DNA of 64,000 nucleotides from Vicinamibacterales bacterium (GTDB lineage Bacteria; Acidobacteriota; Vicinamibacteria; Vicinamibacterales; JAMQPK01): NCBI GenBank assembly GCA_963825295.1, contig CAWGSZ010000009.1, positions 1,618,642 to 1,682,641 of the forward strand, read 5' to 3'. Shown piece by piece: positions 56,861 to 64,000 of this stretch (position 1 is its first letter; each line of letters starts with the position of its first letter). The notes under the pieces were generated by a model. It saw only the letters and a program-made list of their open reading frames with translations, ran no database searches and was not told where the DNA came from. The position numbers and the translations under genes were made by a program.

Positions 56861-57734
56861 AGGCGGCGCGGCTTGACGGTTACCTGATCTCCGGGCTTGA
56901 GCGTGTCTTCCTGCTTCGCGTCGATTTCCTGCCGCCGGCCGTTGACGAGCCGCGTGATCGAGATACGCGTGTTCGAGCCTTTGGCGGTCACGCCACCGGC
57001 GAGCGATATCGCCGTGAAGATCGTCATGTCGTCATCATAAGGATAGGCGCCCGGCGATCGCACCTCGCCGGTCACGTAGATGCGCTCGGCCTTGGGCACG
57101 AAGATGGTATCGCCGTCCCTGATTTGCATGGTCTGCGCCTTGCCGCTCTGCACGTCGGTCAGACGCACGCGGATGTCGGGCGCTCTCGTGCCGACATAGG
57201 ATGTCGCCGGCCCGCTCTGCCCCCCTGGTGGTAGATCTCGACCCAGTTCCCCGCTTCGGGCAATGTCGACCCGGCGAGAAAGATCGCGTCCATCAGGCTC
57301 GCGCTCGACTGCAGCGAATACTTGCCCGGCGAACGGACCTGCCCCTGCACGTAGACGTTCTGACTGCGATACACGGCCACTTCCACCGACACCTGCGGGT
57401 TTCGCAGGTACCCGTCGCCGAGCGCCCTCTCGAGCGTCTCTTCGATCGCGGCCACCGTCAGCCCTTCCGCTTTGACCCGATTCAAATACTGATACGGGAA
57501 GGTGCCGTCGCTGTCGACGCGGAAGCGCCCGGTCAGCGGCGCCGGTTCGCCATAGACGATGATGTTCAGCTCGTCCTGCGGCCCGACGACGTAATCCTTG
57601 GTCACCATCGGCTGCGCGGCACCAACCGGCGGCGGCTGCGGAGCGGGCACTTGCGCAGGCGCGGTCTGCGCACGCGCGGCGGTCGCGGGAACCAGAAGGA
57701 GCACGAACAAGAGACCCACCATATAGATCCTCAC
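56857..57734 (-). pseudogene. Polysaccharide export protein (Wza-like: Poly_export + SLBB), frame broken at a C6 tract
   Basis: Signal peptide plus YVVGPQDELNIIVYGEPAPLTGRFRVDSDGTFPYQYL... (ORF 57159..57905) continues as ...LTDVQSGKAQTMQIRDGDTIFVPKAERIYVTGEVRSPGAYPY... (ORF 56857..57168). The frame switches at CCCCCC 57220..57225. Confidence 0.75.
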
Positions 57735-58959
57735 TGGCCTATCGTGATGTTGGTGATGATACGGGTTCGATTGAAGTTCTGCCTCAGTTCGTCCTCTGAG
57801 CGCCGGTTCATTCGTTCGGCACCGAACAGTACCCGAAAAGCCGCGGCCGAAATCGAACAGCACGCCACCACCAATCACGTCGGCTGTATCTTGTCGTGGT
57901 TCCAAACCAGGCGTTGGGGGAACGCCACGCCGCCACCGGTAAGTCAGGGTACTGCCGCTCGACAGAACCCTGAAAGCCGAGCGGTCCGTACACGCGCTGC
58001 GTCACCAGCAGGCGCAGACCGGACTGCAGATACATCGGCTCGGTGTCTTGGTACGAATAATTTACATGCCGCCTCGCGGTGACGTCAAACGTCGTCCGCG
58101 ACTCGATCGACCAGTTCACGTTGCCTTCGTAGACGAGTCCCCGGTTCTGGACCAGCTCCGGATCCTCGGGATCGAACAGCTCGTAGCCGGCCGCGAAACT
58201 GCCGCGAATGACGGCATCGGGCGCGAACTCGATCATCGGCGTCACGCTGTAGCTCTTCGAGTTGCGCAGGGATGAGTTCGTGAAGATGTCCTGACGGTAG
58301 TTGCCAAGCACCGAGAAGGTCGTCAGCGGCGTCACGGCATAGCGGACGCCGGCTGTATAGGTCCGCCCGGTCTCGTTCAGCGCCTCGTCGAGCTGCACGC
58401 CCCGAAACTGCTCGCCGTCCTCATAGATTGAATCCGAATATTGCGCGGTCGCCGTCAGCGCCAGACGGTCGGACATGTCGAAATTGGTGCCCGCCAGGAA
58501 CAGGTTTTCCACCCGTCGCGCCCGCGTGTCGATTTCCACGTTGGGACGCGTTCGCGTGTGGTTGCGCTCGGCGCCGACGAAGGGCTTGAAGCGGCTCGCC
58601 GACATGTTGAACCGGAGGCCGTAATTTGCGTTGGTCGACCGCTGCGACACGTAGTCCTTGAACCAGACGTAGTCGCCGCCGCCCGAGACCATCAACTCGT
58701 TGGCGCCCATCTTGAGCACGCCCATCACCCGCGAGGCAATCGTGAACGTGTAGTCGTCCCGTTCGCCTACCGTGTCGTTGAAGACGTTGTCGTCGATGCC
58801 GACATCGACCACCCGCACGCTCGGATAAATCGACAGCGGGCCGAACTGCAACTGCGCGGCTTCGCGCGGCGCGATGAGCTGCGCCTGGGCGCTCGGCACC
58901 TGCACGCATGCCAGGCAAACCATTGCGAATCCAAAGATGCGAGATCTGACGATCTTCAT
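57731..58959 (-). pseudogene. Outer-membrane beta-barrel protein of the polysaccharide locus; 3' end apparently shifted twice
   Basis: Track ORF 57808..58959 has a signal peptide (MKIVRSRIFGFAMVCLACVQVPSAQA) and amphipathic strands. After ...GSVERQY the sequence becomes Trp/Arg-rich nonsense. Removing one G at 57947..57949 and one C at 57832..57834 gives ...LTYRWRRG...DTADVIGGGVLFDFGRGFSVLFGAER...NITIGQ, ending in a GTGA overlap with the Wza-like start. Confidence 0.5.
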
Positions 58960-58965
58960 GGTGAT

Positions 58966-59904
58966 TTACCTGGTCCTTGGGAGGCCGATGCCGAGCTGGC
59001 GTACCTTCCGATAGAGATTGGTTCTCTGCATGCCGAGCGAGCGCGCGGCCTCGTCCATCCGCCCACGATGGCGGGTCAGGATCTTCGCAATGAAATGACG
59101 CTCGAAACTGAGGCGCGCATCGCGCAGGCTGGTCGCACCGCCCTGGCTCCACACGACCGGTTCGAGCGCCACGTGATCGAGGACGTCCTCGAGTCGCACC
59201 GCGCCGCCCACGACGGCACGCACGAGCACTTCGAGCACCTCGCGGAGCTCGTGAAAATTGCGCCGCCATGGCAGCGCGGCGAGCAGCGTCAGCGCCTCTC
59301 GCGAGAAGGTCGGAACAGGAACCCGTGCGTCGGCCGCCGCGTCGCCGACGAGGCAGCCGATGAGCATCGGGATGTCGGCCGCTCGCAGCCGCAGGGGCGG
59401 CAGTTCGAAGAGCAGGTTGAAACGCGCGAACAGATCGCGGCGAAGCGTCCCCTCCTGCATCGCCGCATCCGGTTCTCCGTTCACGGTGGCGATGACGCGA
59501 ACGTCGAAGCCCACCCCGGCCCCCGAGGCATCCGTGTCCAGCTGGCCGTCACGCAGGAGGCGCGCCAGCCTGACCTGCAGGGGGATGGGCAACTCATGGA
59601 GATGGAGGAGCGCGAGCGTGCCTCCAAGGGCGACCTTGCTGAAAATCTGCTGGTCCAGCCTTGCGATGTCGGGAATCCCGCAGTCAATCGACACGAACGG
59701 GCCATCGCGCCTCGCGCTGTTGTCGTGGATGGCGCGCGCCACCGACTGGACGTCCAATCCCGCTTCGGCCACGACGATGACGGTGTCGGCGCCACCGGTG
59801 GCACGGCGGAACATGGCACGAGCCCGCTCGGCGGGCAGCGATCCGCCGACAAGCTCTACAATCGTGGGGAACGCAATCAGATGCAGCTCCGCCCCGTCGG
59901 TCAC
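58966..59904 (-). CDS. Sigma-54-interaction-domain / Fis-HTH regulator with degenerate ATPase motifs
   Basis: 312 aa, alignable by eye to the bEBP central domain (…ARAIHDNSARRDGPFVSIDCG…GGTLALLHLHELP…RRDLFARFN…). It has a C-terminal Fis-type HTH (EAARSLGMQRTNLYRKVRQLGI). There is no receiver or sensor domain. Confidence 0.6.
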   Translation of the reverse strand: MTDGAELHLIAFPTIVELVGGSLPAERARAMFRRATGGADTVIVVAEAGLDVQSVARAIHDNSARRDGPFVSIDCGIPDIARLDQQIFSKVALGGTLALLHLHELPIPLQVRLARLLRDGQLDTDASGAGVGFDVRVIATVNGEPDAAMQEGTLRRDLFARFNLLFELPPLRLRAADIPMLIGCLVGDAAADARVPVPTFSREALTLLAALPWRRNFHELREVLEVLVRAVVGGAVRLEDVLDHVALEPVVWSQGGATSLRDARLSFERHFIAKILTRHRGRMDEAARSLGMQRTNLYRKVRQLGIGLPRTR

Positions 59905-60125
59905 GGAGATGGCCCTGTTCGATGCGCGTCATCGAAAGGGATACGCCCGTGAAGACTAGGGATGACTTAATGGGACAATTCGGCCGACAGTCGTGTCAGT
60001 CGCGATACGCGAACGGACACGCGACAGCCTTCTTATCGACCGCTGGGCCGGAAAGCGCAGAGCCCGGACGCAATTCCGTGCGGGCGATGTGCACGTGGTA
60101 ACTCGTAGTAATATAAGGACCTTGT

Positions 60126-60209
60126 GCGAAAGTGGCGGAACTGGCAGACGCGCCGGACTTAGGATCCGGTGGCCGCAAGGTCATGGGGGTTCAACTCCCC
60201 CCTTTCGCA
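60126..60209 (+). tRNA. tRNA-Leu (anticodon UAG), long variable arm
   Basis: Acceptor stem GCGAAAG/CTTTCGC, anticodon loop CT-TAG-GA, an extended variable arm (GGTGGCCGCAAGGTCAT) and a T-arm GGGGG-TTCAACT-CCCCC. CCA is not encoded. Confidence 0.9.
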
Positions 60210-60222
60210 ATCCGCCTCGCTG

Positions 60223-61564
60223 ATGCGGCGCCTCGAGCCTTTCCTTCCTCTCGCGGCTGTTCTGGTGTGCCTGTTGGCGTGCGTTCCACTGCTGACCAAG
60301 TACCCCGCACCGGGCAGTGACGAACCGGGGTTCGTCGACCCCGCTATCACGCTTCTCAACGACGGCTATCTCGGCACAACGCTCTATGAAGGGCTCGTGC
60401 CAACGATGGATCGGTACATCTATTGGCAACCGCCGTTTTACTTCGTCGCGCTCGCCGGGTGGTTCTGGATATTCGGTGCCGGGCTGGAACAGGCCCGGCT
60501 GTTTTCGCTCGCCTGCGGCCTGAGCATCGTGGCCCTGGTTTATCTGCTCGCGCGCCGGTGGACCGGACCGTGGCCGGCGTTCGCGGCCAGCACGCTGTGC
60601 GCGGTGTCGTACTGGCTCACGAGCCGCGCCGTGTTCGCGAGGATGGACACGCTTTGCGTCGCTCTCAGTCTCGCAGCCGTGCTCGCGTACGTCCGGCGGA
60701 TGGCTGTGGCCCGCCGGGATGCTCGCGGGGTTGGCGTTCCTCACGCATCCGCTCGGCGTTGTCCCGATTGCCACCATCGTCGCCGACCAGGCACTGACGC
60801 GTCGGCCCTGGCCCGACATCCGTAACGCCTGCACCGGTTTTGTGCTCGGCGGCGTGGTGTGGCTGATCTACGCGTTGCAGGATTGGGACGCGTTCCAGCT
60901 GCAGATGGCGCTTCAGTTGGCGCGGAAACAGCTATCGCCTCCCTACTGGTATCAATTCTGGATGGCCCGCAACCATGCCATCGCCATCGGCGTGGTCGCG
61001 GGTGCAGCCGCGTGGCTCGCATTCACGCGGCGCAGACCGGCTGGCAGCGAACTGGTCGTCGTTGGCACCGTTCTCGCGTTCGCTGCGGCCACCTACGCGC
61101 ACGAGACGGGGTACTTCCTGTATTTCTTTCCTTTCGGGTGCGTCGCGTTGGCGCTGGCGGTTAGCCGTCACAGGTATGCCTATCTCGCGCTGGCGGGCGC
61201 GCTCGCCAGCGAAGCGGCCATCCTCGGGTACAACATCCATCGCTACGACCATCGCAATTACGCGGCGCTCGGCGACGCGGTGCGTGCTGTAATTCCGCCA
61301 GGCGCCAGCGTCTTCATCGGCTTTGCCGACGTCACGCCGTATTTCGCGCTGGTTGGGCGCAACCCGATGCGCGTCGCGACGCCAGTGCCGCTTGCCGACC
61401 CGCGCGCACACGGACGGCTCGCCGCGCAATCGGACTTCATCGTGACGACCATTCCCGACCCTTATCTCCCGGACGTCTCCGACGTCATACGCGGGAGAAC
61501 GCCACTTGCGCTGATCGATCAAGGGCCGGGCTACCGCATCGCGGTTTTCGCCGGCAAACGTTGA
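60223..61564 (+). pseudogene. GT-C-fold (ArnT/PMT-like) membrane glycosyltransferase, frame broken once
   Basis: MRRLEPFLPLAAVLVCLL...GSDEPGFVDPAITLL...LAAVLAYV (ORF 60169..60825) continues in another frame as WLWPAGMLAGLAFLTHPLGVVPI... (ORF 60719..61564). The break is near 60695..60705. Confidence 0.6.
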
Positions 61565-61578
61565 TACAATCAAGGCTG

Positions 61579-62859
61579 ATGAAAACCGAATTCGCCGATT
61601 TGAGCGAGACCAAAAAGAGCGTGGCGGTCGAAATTCCCAGCGACATCGTCGATGCCCAAATCGATAGAGTTGCCCGCAGCTACAGCCGGCAGGCTCGCAT
61701 TCCGGGATTCCGCCAGGGCAAGGTCCCGGCCACTCTCATCAAGAAGCGGTTCCGCGAGCAGATCCTGCACGATGTCGCGCACGATCTGATTCCGCGCGCG
61801 ATTGACGAAGTGCTTCGCGAGCGGGGTCTCGAACCGGTGGACACGCCCGACGTCAAGGACGTCTCGCTCGACGAAGGCCAGGCGCTGACGTTCACCGCCA
61901 CGTTCGAAACGCTCCCCCCCATCGATCCGGGTCCTCTGAACACGATCTCGCTTCGGCGTCCCGCGGTGACGCTCGAAGACAACGCCGTCGAGACCACGCT
62001 GACGCAGCTGCAGAACCGCGCCGCGCGCTTCGAGCCGGTCGAAGGACGCGCCGTCGACGACGGCGATACCGTGACCCTCGACGTCGATCGCAAAGCCACC
62101 GCCGAAGGCGAGAAGGACGACCATCATCACGACGTGGTCGTCGAGATCGGCGCGAAGGCGAATCCCCCGGGATTCGACGACAACCTGAAGGGGCTCGAGC
62201 CGGGGGCCGAGAAAAGCTTCACGATCCATTACCCCGACGACTATGCCGTCAAGGAGCTCGCCGGCACGAGCATGGACTACAGCGTCAAGGTCAAGGACAT
62301 CCGCAAGCGCGTGTTGCCGGCGCTCGACGACGAGTTCGCGAAGGACCTCGGCGAGTTCGACACCCTCGACGCGCTGCGCGCGCGCATCCAGCAGGACCTC
62401 GAGCGCGAGGCGGAGCAGGAAGCCGACAGAAACCTGCGCGGCAGTGTGTTGAAGGAGCTTGCCGCGCGCGTCAGCGTCGACATTCCGGACTCGCTCGTGG
62501 AACGGGAGCTCGACCGGCGCACCGAAGAGTTCGCACGGCGATTGATGGATCAGAAAATCGATCCGCGCCGCGCGAACATCGACTGGGATCAGTTCCGCGA
62601 CAGCCAGCGCGACGCCAGCCGCGAGTCGGTGAAGAGCGCGCTCGTGCTCGACGAGATCTCGCGGCGCGAGAACGTCACCGTGTCCGAGGAGGAGATCGAC
62701 AAGGACGTGGCGCAGTACGCCGAGCGCAGCGGGCTGACGCCGGCGGCGGTGCGCGCGCGATTGGAAAAGGAAGGCGCGTTGTCGCGCATCGCGGCAGGGC
62801 TACGACGGGAAAAAACGATTGATTACGTGCTGTCTCAGGCTCAAGTCACCCGAGACTAG
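61579..62859 (+). CDS. tig: Trigger factor
   Basis: [20 protein letters not shown]...[18 protein letters not shown] (ribosome-binding GFRxGxxP motif). Sits upstream of clpP-clpX in the conserved order. Confidence 0.9.
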   Translation: MKTEFADLSETKKSVAVEIPSDIVDAQIDRVARSYSRQARIPGFRQGKVPATLIKKRFREQILHDVAHDLIPRAIDEVLRERGLEPVDTPDVKDVSLDEGQALTFTATFETLPPIDPGPLNTISLRRPAVTLEDNAVETTLTQLQNRAARFEPVEGRAVDDGDTVTLDVDRKATAEGEKDDHHHDVVVEIGAKANPPGFDDNLKGLEPGAEKSFTIHYPDDYAVKELAGTSMDYSVKVKDIRKRVLPALDDEFAKDLGEFDTLDALRARIQQDLEREAEQEADRNLRGSVLKELAARVSVDIPDSLVERELDRRTEEFARRLMDQKIDPRRANIDWDQFRDSQRDASRESVKSALVLDEISRRENVTVSEEEIDKDVAQYAERSGLTPAAVRARLEKEGALSRIAAGLRREKTIDYVLSQAQVTRD

Positions 62860-62894
62860 TGCCGATACCCTACTCAAGGCGGAGTGCTCCCTTT

Positions 62895-63497
62895 ATGTCA
62901 GACTCGCGCATGCAGCTCGTTCCCATGGTCGTGGAACAGACCAACCGCGGGGAGCGAGCGTACGACATCTTCTCGCGTCTCCTCAAAGACAGCATCATCT
63001 TCATCGGCACGCCGATCGACGATACGGTGGCGAACCTGGTGATCGCGCAGATGCTGTTCCTCGAAGCGGAAGATCCCGACAAGGACATCACGCTGTACAT
63101 CAACAGCCCCGGCGGATCGATCACCGCGGGGCTGGCGATTTACGACACGATGCAGTTCGTCAAGCCGGACGTGCAGACTCTCTGCATCGGCCAGGCGGCC
63201 TCGATGGCCGCGGTCTTGCTTTCAGCCGGGGCCAAGGGGAAGCGTTTGTCGCTGCCCAACTCCCGAATTGTGATCCACCAGCCCCTGATGTCGGGTCTGG
63301 GCGGCCAGGCCACCGACATCGACATCGCGGCGCGGGAGATCCTCCGCATGCGCGAGCGGCTCAACGACATCCTCGTGCACCATACGGGTCAGTTAGTTAA
63401 GCGGATTCAGGAGGACACCGAGCGTGACTACATCATGAGTGCCGACCAGGGCAAGGAATACGGTATCATTGATGATGTAATCAGGAAAAGGGCGTAA
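62895..63497 (+). CDS. clpP: ATP-dependent Clp protease proteolytic subunit
   Basis: [30 protein letters not shown]...[19 protein letters not shown]...[11 protein letters not shown]...IHQPL (Ser-His-Asp context). The track ORF starts at 62859. Confidence 0.9.
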   Translation: MSDSRMQLVPMVVEQTNRGERAYDIFSRLLKDSIIFIGTPIDDTVANLVIAQMLFLEAEDPDKDITLYINSPGGSITAGLAIYDTMQFVKPDVQTLCIGQAASMAAVLLSAGAKGKRLSLPNSRIVIHQPLMSGLGGQATDIDIAAREILRMRERLNDILVHHTGQLVKRIQEDTERDYIMSADQGKEYGIIDDVIRKRA

Positions 63498-63506
63498 TCC
63501 CCCAAT

Positions 63507-64000
<494 letters not shown>

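Noticed and set aside
10530-57960. Frame breaks as programmed ribosomal frameshifting
   Set aside because: They occur in at least 12 unrelated genes, and none has a slippery X-XXY-YYZ heptamer or a downstream pseudoknot. Most need loss of one base from a short G/C run. Assembly error or decay is far more likely.
60126-60209. tRNA-Leu as the attachment site of a genomic island carrying the polysaccharide locus
   Set aside because: There is no integrase next to the tRNA. I found no direct repeat of the tRNA 3' half elsewhere in the window. The flanking tig-clpP-clpX block is core genome.

Overview
High-G+C bacterial chromosome segment. The gene content looks Acidobacteriota-like, but that is only a guess. 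It reads as ordinary chromosome with two accessory blocks; I saw no transposase, integrase, rRNA or CRISPR array.

Layout:
- 1-4.3 kb: metal-related genes, namely a porin fragment, a CuA-type cupredoxin, a DUF1111 di-haem protein, a DtxR/MntR repressor, DUF411 and TauE.
- 4.5-8.2 kb: an HD-GYP/GAF phosphodiesterase followed by a secreted S8 peptidase.
- 8.5-18.8 kb: a LarA-like gene, gltB-gltD, a methyltransferase and a sulfite/nitrite reductase.
- 18.8-25.3 kb: a lasso-peptide gene cluster. This is the most interesting system. It has a split B1/B2, an Asn-synthetase-like cyclase, a 53-aa precursor, an HprK-like kinase, a nucleotidyltransferase and an embedded GT-C membrane protein, but no exporter.
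- 25.3-28.6 kb: GT-C remnants, thrB and a small secreted protein.
- 28.7-59.9 kb: a very large polysaccharide locus. It has a plus-strand Wzc-like kinase / Wzy-like polymerase / HAD hydrolase operon. It also has a roughly 25-gene minus-strand array with 9 GT4, 2 GT2, 1 GT-C, 6 methyltransferases, Wzm/Wzt, Wza, an OM barrel and a degenerate sigma-54-type regulator.
- 60.1-64 kb: tRNA-Leu, another GT-C, then tig-clpP-clpX.

Other notable signals:
- A roughly 50-nt palindromic element is translated in-frame inside gltB, and a second copy disrupts a GT4 gene.
- A separate hairpin repeat family has three intergenic copies.
- At least 12 single-base frame disruptions occur. Four of them lie in the G-run of the heptamer GGGTACT.

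All family assignments come from reading motifs by eye; no searches were run.
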